Both the position numbers and the translations under genes were made by a program. Below, piece after piece: positions 1 to 14,226 of a stretch of DNA of 64,000 bases. Below the pieces are notes generated by a model, which was given only the letters and a program-made list of their open reading frames with translations, was not told where the DNA came from and did no database searches. Numbering within the stretch: position 1 is the first letter of the stretch; each line of letters starts with the position of its first letter. The DNA comes from the human T2T-CHM13v2.0 reference genome, Homo sapiens, in NCBI RefSeq assembly GCF_009914755.1, contig NC_060945.1. The stretch is one strand, 5' to 3'.

Positions 1-99
1 TTCTAATGACAATTTTCAAAGTATAGACGTGTGGAGGATTTGGGGGAGACAAAGGAGATTGGGTAAGTCTGGGCTAGTCATGCATTAGTTTTAGAAGGC

Positions 100-370
100 T
101 AGGCTAGTTTGTTGAACACTAGGGGAGTGTCTAAAGGTTTTTGAGCAAGAAAAGAGTGTGCTCAGTTTTGTGGTGGTATTGTTTAGCAAGATTAATGCTG
201 CAGTCCTGGGAGCATTAGATATAGGAGGTCTTTAGTATCATCCAGAGGAAATGAAAAGTGTACCTGAACTAGGTGAAAACGCTGGAAATAGACAGAAAAT
301 GTATATTGGAAGGTGTTTGAAAGAATGATTACGAGAAATAACCATGGATTGAATGAAACTTATGCCATAC
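100..370 (-). mobile_element. Degenerate LINE-2 fragment
   Basis: Purine-rich text resembling antisense L2 (aggtttttgagcaag...aagattaatgctgcag...cctgaactagg...ggattgaatg); boundaries approximate. Confidence 0.4.
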
Positions 371-1043
371 ACAGTCTCTCAAAGGAGGACTTCCCAGAGC
401 TGAACGAAGGAAGGATAACTTTCATGGAATTTATTTTGCTGTCTACTTCTATTTTAAGAAGTTTTCATTTGCATATTTTTCCTTAAACATAATAACTCAG
501 TAAGGATGACGTATATTTCTTCTTTTCATGAACCTTTTTTTTTTTTTTGACAACTACTTTCAGGAGATGTATATTCTACAGGGCTTGTTACCAGAGCAAT
601 ATCGGGATAAGTACATTTAATATCATAAAATGTGAACAGGGGATAAGATTTTTTTCCATTTATCTTGAAGTTGAGAGGGTTGAAATGATTACTTTTCTTT
701 GGTACAAAAAGCCGCCATATAAATGGGTTTCTTAGAACAAGTATAAGATAATAACAAGATAAAATGGTTCTTTTTCCATTTAAGTTTATTAAGCATTCAG
801 TTCATAGAAAGTTACTGGACCAGTTAAATTAACAATTCTTATCTTGTGATTTTAGTCTAGCCCAAAGGAAGCAGCTTTATTTTGCATGGGTGCAGTCAAC
901 AGAAAAGCTAGACTTTTGTGTTTGGTAATTTCCCTGCAGTGTGTTTTATCTGAGATTGAGGGATAAAAAGAGTTGCCTTTTGGAAAAACAAAGGGAAAAA
1001 AAAGTCTCCCATTATACAATAGATACTGAATCATCCCTTTCAT

Positions 1044-1046
<3 letters not shown>

Positions 1047-1080
<34 letters not shown>
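1047..1080. repeat. (AC)17 microsatellite
   Basis: Seen directly. Confidence 0.97.
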
Positions 1081-1085
<5 letters not shown>

Positions 1086-2338
1086 GCCCCCTCAGAATAA
1101 AATTAATAACGGAAGTAATCAATAAAATCATAAATATGGAAATTGAGTCATGTTTAACATAAGAACATAAGAAAATGCTTGCTACACATACTTATTTTAC
1201 ATATTAGAGGGATGCCATAGATTTGTAAAGCAAAGGGGGACATACAACTGAGAGCGTGCAGAATTTTTTTTTGCCATTTTTTTTTTGCCAGCTTTATTAA
1301 GGTATATTCACAAACATCATAATATATATATTTATGGTGTATACCATAATGTTGTAATACTTGTATACATTAAAAATTGATTAAGCTAGCTAACATAGGC
1401 ATCAACTCTCATAGTTATTATTATTGGTGCTGAGAACATTTAAGATCCACTCTTTTAGCAATATTCAAATATATATTATCAACTATAGTCACCATGCTAA
1501 TAGATCTCCAGAAATTACTCTTCCTATATACTTGAATTTTTGTACCCTTTAGTCAACATGTCCCCATCTCCTGCCCCTCCCCATAACCATCATTCTACTC
1601 TCTGCTTGCATGACTTCCACTTTATTTTTAGATTACACATATAAGTGAGATCATGAGTTATTTGTTTTTCTGTACTTGGCTTATTTCATTTGCATAATGG
1701 TTTCCAGTGTCATCAATGTTGTCACAAATGACAGTGTTACCTCTTTTTCTTAAGGTTAAATAGTATTGCATTATATATAGATATTGTATATAAAAATAAT
1801 TTATTATAATATATATGTATATATGCCATATTTTCTTTGTCCATTCATCCACGGATAAATGGATCATCATTACGTTCATTCTATATCTTGGCTATTGTCA
1901 ATAACGCTACAATGAACATGGGAGTTCAGCTGTATTTTTGTTATACGGTACTGATTTCCGTTCTTTTGGGTATATACATAAGAGGGATTGTTGGGTCACA
2001 TGGCAGTTCTATTTTTAATTTTTTGAGGAATGCCTAAATTGTTTTCCACCAAACATAATACTTTCCCTGAAAAAGGAATATTGGAGTCCACTATTATTAG
2101 TGTATTTCTATTTTTCTCTTCAGTTCTGTTAATATTTATATATTTAGGAGTTCCAATTTGAGTGCATATATATTTATAATTGTCATATTTTCTAGATGAA
2201 TTGACCCCTTTATCATAATTCAATGATTGTTTTTATCTTTCTTTACAGTTTTTGACTTAAAATCATTTTTTTCTGATATAAGTATAGCCACTCCAGCTCT
2301 CTTTTGGTTACTATTTTCATGGCATACCTTTTTTCATC

Positions 2339-2717
2339 TGTCTGTTTCTGCTGCTGTAGCAAAAATACCACAGAGTCGGTAATTTATAAATAATATAAAT
2401 TTATTTCTAACAGTTGTAGAAACTAGAAGTCTAAAGATCAAAGCCTTAGTAGATTTGGCTTCTGATGAAGGCTTTCCCTCTTCTTCCATGATGGCATCTT
2501 GTGGCTGTGTTCTCACATGGTGAAACGTGGAAGGGAAAAAGGGATGGAAGGGGCAATCTCACTCCCTCAAGCCCTTTCATAAGGCACTAGTCCCTTCTAG
2601 GAGAGCTTTGCCCTCATAGTCAAATCACTCCTAAAGCCTCACCTCTTCATACTGTTGCACTGGGGATCAAGTTTCAAAATGAATTTTGAAGAACACACAA
2701 ACACTTAAACCATAGCA
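2339..2717 (-). mobile_element. MaLR solo LTR (MSTC/MSTD-like)
   Basis: tgctgctgtagcaaaaataccacagag...aatttatttctaacagtt...aaaccatagca termini typical of antisense MST LTRs. Confidence 0.75.
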
Positions 2718-4341
2718 TCAACTAAAATCAGTTTCTTGTAGGCAGTATTTAGTTGAATTTCTGTTTTTAAAAAATCAACTCAGCCAATGTGTGTGTATGT
2801 GTGTGTGTGTGTGTATATATATATATTTTTTTATTTTAAATATATACATATTTTTTTATTTTAAAACTTTTTTTGTCTTATTGTTTGTAACATTATTTTC
2901 TTTTTTTCCCTGCTTTTCCTGAGCTGTATTTTTTTATTGGAGAATTTAATCCACTTACATTTAAGGTAATTGTTGATAGGTAAGGATTTACCACTGCCGT
3001 TTTAAAAACGTTTTGTAACTCTTTTGTAGTTCCTCTATTCCATTCTCCCTCTTGCTGTCTTTCTTCATGATTTGATAATTTTTGTAGTGGCATGATTTCA
3101 TTTTTTTTTTCTTATATTTTGTGTATCATTTACAGGTTTTTTTCCTTGTGGTTGCCATGGGGCTTACATAAACATCTAATTGTTATAGCAGTCTATTTTA
3201 AGCTGATAACTTCTATTGAATACAAAAACTCCGTTTTTTAACTTTTCACTTCCTTACATTTTATGTTACTGATGTAACAATTTATATTTTTTAATATATT
3301 TTGTATCAAATTAACAAATTTTTATAGCTATAGTTACTTTTATACTTTGTATTTTAACTTATATGAGTTAAAAGTGATTTATAAACCATGATGACAGTAT
3401 TCTGGTTGTATTACAGTTTAGTAGAGTATCTAAACTTGACAGTAGAGTATCAAAACTTTACAGTGAGTTTTACATTTTTGTATGTCCTCATGTTGTTAGC
3501 ATATGTTTGTTTCAACCTGAAAAACTTTAGTTTACATTTCTTGTAAGGTAAATCTAGTGTGATGAACTCCCTCAGCTTTTGTTTGTTTGAAAAAATTTAT
3601 CTTATTTTAACAATTATTTTTGAAGGACAGCCTTGTTGGGTATAACATTTTTGATTAGAAGTTGTTTTCTTTTACTATTTTGAATACATTATCCAATTTT
3701 CTCCTGGCCTACAAAATTTCTGCTGAGAAATACACTAACAGTCTTATGGGGGTTCTTTGAATGTGAAGAACTGATTTTTTCTTGTTGCTTACAAAATTCT
3801 GTTTGTCACTGACTTTTGAGAATTTGGTAATAATGGATCTTGGTGAAGATCTGGTATTTAATATATTTGAGTATCTTTGGGCTTCATGGATCTAGGGGTT
3901 CATTTCCCATTCTAGATTTGAGAAGTCTTCTGTCATTTTTTTACTTAAAGTAAGCAATCTGTCCCTTTCTCTTTTTCTCCTCCTTCTGGTACCCTGAAAT
4001 GTGTATATTGGTTTACTTTATGATGTCCCATAAATCCTATAATCTTCCTTAACTTGTTAAAATTCTTTTTCCTTTTGTTCCTCTGACTGAATAATTAAAG
4101 TGATCTGGCTTCAAGCTCACAGATTCTTTCTTATGCTTGATTGGGTCTGCTGTTGAACAGCTCTCTATGAAATTTTTCAGTAGACTCATTGTGTTCTTTA
4201 GCTCCAGAATTTCTGTTTGGTTCTTTTTTTATGGTTTCTATCTCTTCTTTGAACTTCTCACTTTGTTCATTTATTGTTTTTCTAATAAATTTAGTTGTCT
4301 TAATATCTAATATAATTTAGTTATTTCTTATAGCTCAATGA

Positions 4342-4651
<310 letters not shown>

Positions 4652-5834
4652 TCAATGAGCTTAAGATGGTTATTTTGAATTCTTTGTCAAGTGGTTCATA
4701 GATCTTCATTTCTTTAGGGTTGGTTACTGGTGTCTTATTTTGCTCCTTTGGTGGTGTCATGTTTCTCTAATTATTCATGATTTTTGTGGCCTTGTACTGA
4801 TATCTATACATTTTAGGAAGTAAGCATCTTTCCGGTCTTTACAGAATGGCTTTGGCAGGAAGAGCTCTTCGTAAATTAGCCTGTCTAGAAATTCTAGGCA
4901 GCCTGACTTAGATTCCATGTGCAGGCTTGCTGCTGGAGTCCTTGGGCAGAGTAACCTGATACCTAGGTCAACAAGTGAGTAGGCCTGGAATTGGCTCCAC
5001 ATGGGATGGTCTGGACTTTGGGTTTGCTGGGGGCAGGCCTGCAGCCTGAGTTCACATGGGCCATCTGGGTGTCAGGGCCCACTAAGGTAGGCTTGTCAAC
5101 TGGCTATTCAGGGATATGCCTTGAGTCTGCCCATAGAGGCCAGCCTAGGACTGGAGTTTACCCAGGTGAGCTGGATCCCTAGATTTTCTGGGGCAGCCTG
5201 GACCCTGGGTCCAGTGAAACCTGGGACTGCAGGCACCAGTCTGGTGCTGAGGCAGTCCTGGAGCCTGCATCCACCAGAGTGGTCCTAGAGCCTTGGTCCA
5301 TGGGTTCCAGCCTGGCACTGGGGCCTGCTAAGGCAGGCCTGGACTCTTGGTCTGCTGGAGCACTGAGTCATGGGCGCTAACCTAATGCCAAGGCCTGGTG
5401 GTGGGATAGGCCTGTAGCCGGTGGTGATGGGAATCATCCTGGCACCGGGATGGGCCTGATGACTTGGGTCATAGAAGCTAGCCTGAAGCCTGAGCCATGA
5501 GGAATAGCCTGATACTGGATTTTACTGGGGCAGGCCTGGTGCTAAGGTCTATAGCAAAGTCAAGTACTTATTCTTTTTCTCAGGCAGAAGGTGTCTCTCT
5601 CTTTGCTGTGCTATGCAGGCTTGGGGGAGGGATGATGCCAGTAATATAAGACTGTCTTTCTTGCTCTCTTCAATGTGTCTTTCCTTATTTCTATGCTACG
5701 CTGAGATATTATAATCTCTTACCTGGACTCCTTAGCTCTTGTATATTTTTGTGCTTGGATAGTTCCAATTAAGTTTCCTGAGAGAAGACAAGTGCAGAAA
5801 AGTTCTATTCCACCATCTTCCAGATGTCACGCTG

Positions 5835-6290
5835 TTTTTGTAAAATTGAAATAAAAATTACATATTGTGAAATGCGTAGATATTAGGGATTAAATTCAAT
5901 GGATTTTGATAAATGGATATAAACATTATGACATAAAACATTATTATTACCCTAGAAATTATCTTAGGCCTCCATTTAGATAATTCCCCATAGATAGCCA
6001 TTGTTCTGATTTCCATAACCATAGGTTGGTTTTGCCTCTTTTAAATTGTATAAAGATGGGCATTCTCACAAAAATGTATTCTTTGATTGTATATGTTTTT
6101 GAAAGTAAATTTTTTGACACTCATTTACATTGTTGCAGGTATCATCATTCATGTTTTTAAATCAGTGGGTATAATTTTATTGGATAACTATTACACCATT
6201 TATTTATCCATTCTGTTTTGATGGACATTTTAGGTTATTCCCTGCTTGGGACTGGCATAAGCTTTTTTATGGACATATATTAATATAAGT
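5835..6290 (-). mobile_element. Old L1M (L1MC/ME) 3' fragment
   Basis: ttcaatggattttgataaatg...tttatttatccattc...gatggacattttaggtt resembles antisense L1M 3' UTR. Confidence 0.6.
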
Positions 6291-6469
6291 TTATATGACC
6301 AGTCCTATGCATCTATAACCTGAGGAAAGTGGAGAGGAACTGGAAATGTGAGCAGTTTGAGCATCTAGCACTACATCAGGGAACATTATTATCTTCCATT
6401 CAAGCTACCCTGGAGGATCTGTCTTCTCCCTTCTTGGCGCAAAGCTGACAGAAAACAGAAGAATGCATG

Positions 6470-6595
6470 AAAATATTGGGAGGTGTTGGATATGTTAATT
6501 ACCTTGATTATGTTGATACTATCATGGGTATTTGCATGTGTACAAACTCATCAAATGGTATACATTATACCTCAATAAAGCTGTTAAATAAATAG
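6470..6595 (+). mobile_element. L1M 3' terminal fragment
   Basis: ggatatgttaattaccttgatt...aaactcatcaaa...tatacctcaataaagctgtt followed by an A-rich tail. Confidence 0.75.
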
Positions 6596-8759
6596 AAATG
6601 AATAACTAGATACATGTATAAAAATGGTGACACTTGCTTTCTCAGCTGAGGTCTTGCTACATCAGGGAAGAGCCCTGCTGCCACTGACTCTCATTGCCAT
6701 GGCAACACATGCCCTCTCAGGGCTTCTCTTTCCTACTGCTTTGATTCCCAGTGGGAAGGAGACCCCACAGGCATTCTCTTACACTAAACTGTCAGCTACC
6801 CTAATCGCCAGCCTTTTCTCCTCAATGTTTTAGGAAGTTGCTGTAGTTCTGCCATAATTTCCTGTAGGTATTTTCTTACTACCTTGTTATCTTGGGAAAG
6901 AGGGTTATGAGTTGGCTCTTGGGCAAATTATTTATTCTAGCTTCAACTGGATTATTTTTGCTAGAAATTCCACTAATTTCATAGCATATCATTGGTACAC
7001 TTCTGCCATCTCTGATGCTGATGTAGTTTTTTCTCTTTGTTTTAAGCCTTATAATTCAGGTTCTAGAAGGAAGCAGTTGAATGTCAGTATTCTAGTCATG
7101 GTTATACTCAGATGTGTTCTTTACTCAGAGTTTTTATCTTTAATATTTCTTTGGAAGTTTAGAATTTAGGCATCAATATTTTCAAGTTAACAAAGAATGA
7201 AGGCAAAAGAGACTAGATAGATTTTGTGTGATTTCAAATTCTGGGTAGCAGTCTTGTTCTGAAATGTTGCTCTGTTATGGATTTCTGACTGTAGTTGAAT
7301 CTGAGCAATACATTTTAGAAGGGATTACATACAGTCCCTTCTTTTCGAATGACATACTTTGCATGCGACATTTGATGTTGTATTATGCTGTTAGGCTTTA
7401 GAAAGTTCACAAGAATTTTGTCAAGGAAAGATTTTAAAAAGCTTCAGCTTAAGAATTCTACTTTGCTAGAAGTAATGTATCAGAAAATGAAGAATCACAA
7501 CTTACAGTTAGATAATTAGAAAATAGGCAAGATTTAGATAAGAGAAAACATCTATACAATCAAGTTGCTCATTCTCATTAGTAATGTAATCTGTGTTTTC
7601 TAATAATCTTGCGGTTCAAAAGGTAAATTAACATTAATAATTTTTACCTGCTTTGAAATTTCCACAAATAAAAAAACACCAAAATCCTCTCTGTCTCTCC
7701 TATATCCTCCACCTACTTATGAGAAACTCAAGTCCTCACAGCCTTTACAAAAACTGTGTCTCTTATGGTCTGTCAAAATGCATCAAGGACTTTACCTATG
7801 GCCCAAGGGTCCATTATTGAGTCACTTCCAGTGGCTGAAATTTCCTATGGCAGCTGAAGCTGTGGTCACCCTCCAAGGTCAAGAGATGTCAAACTGCAGC
7901 AATGTCTAGCGTTGGCTGGTGTTCTGGGGAGTGCTAATAATAGGCCACCAGCTATGCTTATGATGATGCTCTTTCCTTCTTTCCTTATTTCACATGTTTA
8001 CAGCATGCCACTGCCTCTGTTTTAAAGCAGGAGAAATTTCTCCCCACTGACATCATGGAGTCATGTTGCTCCGGAAACAGGGCAACTTTGTACCTTCATT
8101 ACATTGTGTGTTTGTGTTTGAGCATTTATTCAGTTTTTGCTTTTGTCCCATTTTTCTTGGGGCTTGTCCAGTCATCTTAGGAGTGGGGTACACAGAGCCA
8201 GAAGAAAATGTAATTGTGTGAGACATTTGCGTTAATGGTCTCTTTAGTTAGATTGTGATTCTTAGGAAGATCCTCTGGCTCTGTAATGGCCTCACTCAAC
8301 CATTATTCCAGGAAGACCAACATATATTTAAATTCAGGTAGTAGCCACAATTTAGAGTCAAGATGTTAATAACCCCATCCCACTCCAAGCATATTGCTTT
8401 TAAAATTAAAATTCTGTTTCTTTTTCCAGAGTTGCTGACTTCAAATCTTGTTTTCAAGCCATTGAAATTTAAATAGTTTTGTTTCTTGGGCCTGAACTTC
8501 AGCTCTTATTCTCGCTGCCAGGGATTGGTAGATAAGATCACATCTGCAATATTATTTGCATAAAGGCACATATATTTTATGATATAGAACCTTACTCTGT
8601 CCTACACACATTTAGAGCTAGCCTAGAATAAACAGTTTTTAATATGGTTTATATAGTTGACAGGTTTTTGCCTATCAGTTCAAAAAACTGAACTAAGATG
8701 ATATTTTTAAAATACTTTAAAAAAGTGAAATATAACACACCCACACACACTACAATTCA

Positions 8760-9830
8760 AAAAATTAATATGTATTCAAAAATTCATATATGTTGAAACA
8801 ATTATTAATAAATATGTATATTGAAATATATGTAAAAAAATCTCACAAATCATAGTGAAAGAACAAATGCAAACATGATTCAGGCCCTGTAACAACATTA
8901 CCAGCATCATTAATGCCCCCTTCAGACTTGCTCCCCAGCACTGCCCAGGACACTCTTCAAAGGTAACTGCTATTCTAATTTATAACACCATAATGAATTT
9001 TGCACGTTTAAAAATGTTTTAAATAAACATTTATTGACTTAAGATACACGTCCAGAAGGGGCACAAACTGTGAACTTTCACAAAGTGACCAAATCTATGG
9101 AAATGGCATCCCAGAGGTATTCTTATGCCTCATTCCAGCAACTTTTCCCCCAACCAGAGGAAAACTGCTATATTTACTTCTTACACCATAATTCAATGTT
9201 GACTTTTTTGAATAGCACAAAAGTGGAATCACACTCTATGTTATCTTTTATGTTTGGCTTTTTTCCTCAATATTGTTTGTGAGATTGATTCTTGGCAAAT
9301 GTGCGGATATTCATTTGTTTTTCATTGCTTAATGGTACTTCATTCTGTGAATATTCCAAAATCCATAGCTATTTGCATTGATGAATATTTGCACTATTTT
9401 CAGTTTGGATTCTTGCAAATAGGACTGCAATGAATATTTAAGGATGAGAATAGACACTTCAGCGGTGTTGTGGTAAACATTCCTTTACAGGTCTTTAGGT
9501 GTGCATAAGTACAGAATTCTGTTGGTTATATAATGAGTTGCTTAATTGCTGGGTCACGAAGCCTGCATTTGTTGAGCTTTAGTAGCTACTGCCAGTTTTC
9601 CAAAGTGGTTATATCAAGTTACATCTCCATCAACAGGATATGATGATTTCTGTTGCTCCACATCCTATCCTAGCCAACACTTGGTATTGCTAGTTTGTTT
9701 ACTTTTGGTGAGCATAATGTGTACTTCATGTGCATTTCCTTGGTATTTTGAGGCCAAGAACCTCTTTGTATGTTTATTGGTCATTTCGGAAGTCTCTGTT
9801 CAAGTCTTTTGCTCATTTATTTTTTATTTT
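8760..9830 (-). mobile_element. Old L1M 3' fragments
   Basis: Degenerate antisense L1M 3' UTR/ORF2 end (aattgctgggtca, gttttccaaagtggt, tgttgctccacatcc). Confidence 0.6.
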
Positions 9831-9849
9831 ATTCTCAACTTTCATCTCA

Positions 9850-10220
9850 TTTTTATTTTTTTTTTTATTTCAATAAGTCTTTGGGGAACAGATGGTGTTG
9901 GTTACATAAATAAGTTCTTTAGCGGTGATTTCTGAGATTTTGGTGCACCCACCACCCGAGCAGTGGACACTGTACCTGATGTGTAGTCTTTTATTCCAAG
10001 CCACCCCACACCCTTTCCCCTGAGGCTCCAAAGTCCAATACATCATTCTTATGCCTTTGAGTCCTCTTAGCTTAGCTTCCACAAATGAGTGAGAACATAC
10101 GATGTTTGGTTTTTCCATTCCTGAGTTACTTCACTTAGAATAATAGTCTCCAATTCCATCCAGGTTGCTGTGAGTGCCATTATTTTGTTCCTTTTTACGG
10201 CTGAGTAGTATTCCATGGTA

Positions 10221-10255
<35 letters not shown>

Positions 10256-10385
10256 GTATATATATCACATTTTCTTTATCCACTCATTGATTGATGGGCA
10301 TTTAGCCTGGTTCCATATTTTTGCATTTGCAAATTGTACTGCTATAAACATGCATCTACAATTTGCATATATATATGTGTGTGTG

Positions 10386-10429
<44 letters not shown>

Positions 10430-11340
10430 CCTGCAAGTATCTTTTTTGTATAATGACTTCTTTTCCTCTGAGTAGATACCTAGTAGTGGGATTGTTGGAT
10501 CAAATGGTAGATCTACTTTTAGTTATTTAAGGAGTCTCCACACTTTTTCATAATGGTTATACTAGTTTACTTTCCTATCAACAGTGTAAAAATGTTCCCT
10601 TTTCACCACATCTATGCCAACATCTATTATTTTTTGATTTTTTGATTATGGCCATGCTTGCAGGAGTGAGGTGGTATTGCATTGTGCTTTTGATTTGCAT
10701 TTCCCTGATAATTAGTAATGTTGAGCATTTTTCCATATGTTTGTTGGCCAAATGTATATCTTCTTTTGAGAATTGTCTATTCATATCCTTAGCTCACTTT
10801 TTGATGGGATTATTTGTTTTTTTCTTGCTGATTTGTTTGAGTTCTTCATAGATTCTGGATATTAGTCTTTTGTCAGATGGACAGATTGTGAAGATTTTCT
10901 CCCACTCTGTGGATTGTCTATTAACTCTACTGATTATTTCTTCTGCAGTGCAGAAGCTTTTTAGCTTATTTAGTTCCCATCTATTTAATCTTTGTTTTTG
11001 TTGCATTTGCTTTTGGGTTCTTGGTCATGAAGTCTTGGCCTAAGCCAATGTCTAGAAGGGTTTTTTCAATGTTATCTTCTAGAATCTTTATGGTTTCAGG
11101 TCTTAGATTTAAGTCTTTGATCCATTTTGAGTTGATTTTCATATAAGGTGAGAGATGAGGATCCAGTTTTATTCTTCTACATGTGGCTTGCCAATTATCC
11201 CAGCACCATTTGTTGAATAGGGTGTCTTTTCCCCACTTTATGTTTTTGTTTGCTTTGTTGAAGATCAGTTGGCTGTAAGTATTTGGCTTTATTTCTGGGT
11301 TCTTTATTCTGTTCCATTGGTCTATGTGTCTATTTTTATT
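9850..11340 (-). mobile_element. L1PB1-like 5'-truncated LINE-1
   Basis: L1PB-type 3' end (tttggggaacagatggtg...gatttctgagattttggtgcaccc); ORFs 10578..11006 are ORF2 C-terminus fragments; internal (TA)n and (TG)n tracts. Confidence 0.85.
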
Positions 11341-11344
11341 TTTA

Positions 11345-11767
11345 AAGTTGAAAAATATTCCAGATATAAGCCCTGGTTATATCTGTGGTTGTAGATATTA
11401 GAAATGTCTTTTTGCCATTTGGTGATTTGTATTTTCACTCTATTAATGCTGTCTTTTGGGTAACATGCATTTCTCATTTAATTGTACTCCATTTTTATTA
11501 AACTTTAATGGTTCATGCTACCTTGGGAAGAAATCTCTGTCATCCCAAAGGCCAAAAAGAATTTTAATCAGAAACTTTGTTGTTTTCTCTTTTATACTTA
11601 GATTTACCATCTACCTGGTATTGATATTTTTGTATGCAGTGTGGTAAAGGGCAGGGATTATTTCTTTCTGTGTAGATATTCAATTGCTCCAACACAATTT
11701 GTTGAAAAGACGGTATTTTTCCCCATGCTCTTTAATGTTGTTTTTCTCATATTCCAGTGTGTGGGTG

Positions 11768-11808
<41 letters not shown>

Positions 11809-13570
11809 TATTATATTATATATATATTATATATTATTATATTATATATATTATATATATATTATTATATTTTATATATATATATATATTATATATATAT
11901 ATTTAGTCCTTCAATTCCATGAACAGAGTATGTCCCTCTGTTTGTTTAGGTAACTTTTAATTTTGTCAGTAATGTTTCATAGTTTTGTTTGTTTGTTTGT
12001 TTTTTACAGAGTTCTTACACACTTTAAAAATATTTATTTCTAGCATTTTGTGGTTTGGATGCTATCCTTAATAGTATATTTTGACTTTTTTAACTTGTTT
12101 GTTGCACTTATACAAAAATGTAAATATTTTTTCTATATTGACCTTGTAGACAGTGTTCTTATAAATCCCTTTATTATAATAACTCAAATAGTTTATCTGT
12201 AGATTATATTGAATTTTCTACATACGCAATATTTACAGTGCCAGTAAAAGTCCCTTGCTTTCATTTTTGGCAATTTTTTTTGTTTGGCTATACGATTTTG
12301 GTTTGAAATCATTTTGTGCAATTTGAAGATGTCATTCCTTTTTTTCTAGTTTCCATTGTTAATTTTGAGAAGTCATCTGTCATTCTTCTTTGCTCTTTTG
12401 ATATCAAGATGCCTAGTTTTTTCTCTGGCTGCTTTTAAAATTAATTACTTTCATTTTCTGCACTATTATGATAAGGTACCTAGGTTTCATTTTGTTTAGA
12501 TGTATTTGAGGTTCCTAAAACTTGTTGAATCTGTGACTTGATGTATTTTGTGAGTTTTGAAATGTTCTTGGCCATTATCTCTTCTTCTTATTATTATCTC
12601 CTTTCCTTTTTACTAAGACTCTAATCTTCACATACAGTTGACTTTTTCTTTGTGTTTCATAAATAATTTATGTTCTTTGTGTGTGTGTTTTCTATTCCTT
12701 TTCTCTTTGTGCTTCAGTACAGATATTAAATTTTTCAATTGAATTCTTAATTTTAGTCACTTTATTTTTCATTTCTATGATTTCCTTTTTTTATTAGTTT
12801 ACAGTTTTCTGAAATTCTACATTGTGTCTTTTAATTTAGTAATAATTTTGTTGGATATAGAATTTTGGTTTTATATGAAATTATTTTAAATAATATATGA
12901 GAATACTTATTTAAAAATCCATACCTGGTAACTGCAACATCAGAATCTCTTATAATTCTAATTCTATTTTTTCCTGGTTCTTTGAAATATTTTACAGGCC
13001 TAGTTGTTTTAGATTGATGACAAATTTTGTGCATAAAAAAGTCAACATAATTTGAGTTTCTGAATTTTTATTTCCCTCTCTAGAGGATTTAAATTTGCTA
13101 CTGCCAGGCTGTTGAGCTATTGGTTGATTACTGTAATCTACTTAATCTAATCAGAGATTGAGCAAGTTGGAATCTGTAACCTGAAGGCCTTCAAGTGGTG
13201 GTCGATTTCTGGCATATACTTACTCCCAGGCTGTATGTAGCCTTTTGGTATTCAAACTAAAAGCTTTGGGTATTTACTTGGGTCTCTTTTCCTTAACAAG
13301 TCTAGGATTCTAACTTTAGCACCCCTCATTCCTGTGATGCTGCAATACTCCCTGCTCACCTGCTTATTCCCTCAACTGCTATTTTCAAAAAGGTAAATGC
13401 TTGTGGAGCAAAGGAGCACTAAATATCAGGCTCACTCCTCTGCACATTCTCCCAGCTCCACAAGTCTTTGGTGGTTTGGTTGCTCTCTAATGTCTTCAAG
13501 TATATATTTCTATCTAAATCATCTTCAGTTTTTCTCATTTTTCTTAGTGGAAATATTGACCTGAAACAAG
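11345..13570 (-). mobile_element. Highly degenerate L1M/HAL1-like fragments
   Basis: T-rich antisense L1-like motifs (caattgctccaacacaatttgttgaaaag; ttgagaagtcatctgtc; ttggccattatctcttc). Confidence 0.5.
11772..11902. repeat. Compound (TG)n plus degenerate (TA)n microsatellite
   Basis: Seen directly. Confidence 0.95.
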
Positions 13571-14226
13571 CAAGTCTACTGTTGCTTGAAGAAAACATGA
13601 AATTTTTATTCTGTTGTTACATTCAAGATCCTTGCTAGCACCTAGACGCTTTTTAAAAATTAAACATAAATAGTATTGAATTGGCAAAAATGAGTAGCAA
13701 TATGCTATGTCTCAGGTGAAAAACACATGCAAGGCAGCAAATAACATTCCACAAATATTAACAATTAAGTCTCCTTCATATATACTATGCACAATGCGGT
13801 ATGATGAGAAAGCAGATGAGATCAGACTAATACGGAAGAGGCTACAACACATTGTTTTGTAAGTAATATTATGAAGACTATGGTACTACAAATATTATTA
13901 ATGGTAATGTCAGGTTGATAATTTTCTAACTTTGTGTGTATATGTGCAGAAAACTGTGCTATGGAGATTATCCAGATGTAGTTCTGTGCACTTAAAAGAA
14001 AATTGCAAATAATAAAAGGAAACAATAAAATCATAACATTTTCCCTAATGAAGCAGGTGTCTAAGGTCAACATGCATTCTGTTCATTGACTTGAACTTCT
14101 ATATCTATAGAACATCATAAAAATTGAGGCTACATATCAGTAATATTTACATTATATTTCATATGGGAAAATACACAATCACTTTTAAAAGTTATCAAAC
14201 AAAAATTAAGTTGAAAAAAGGGTTAA

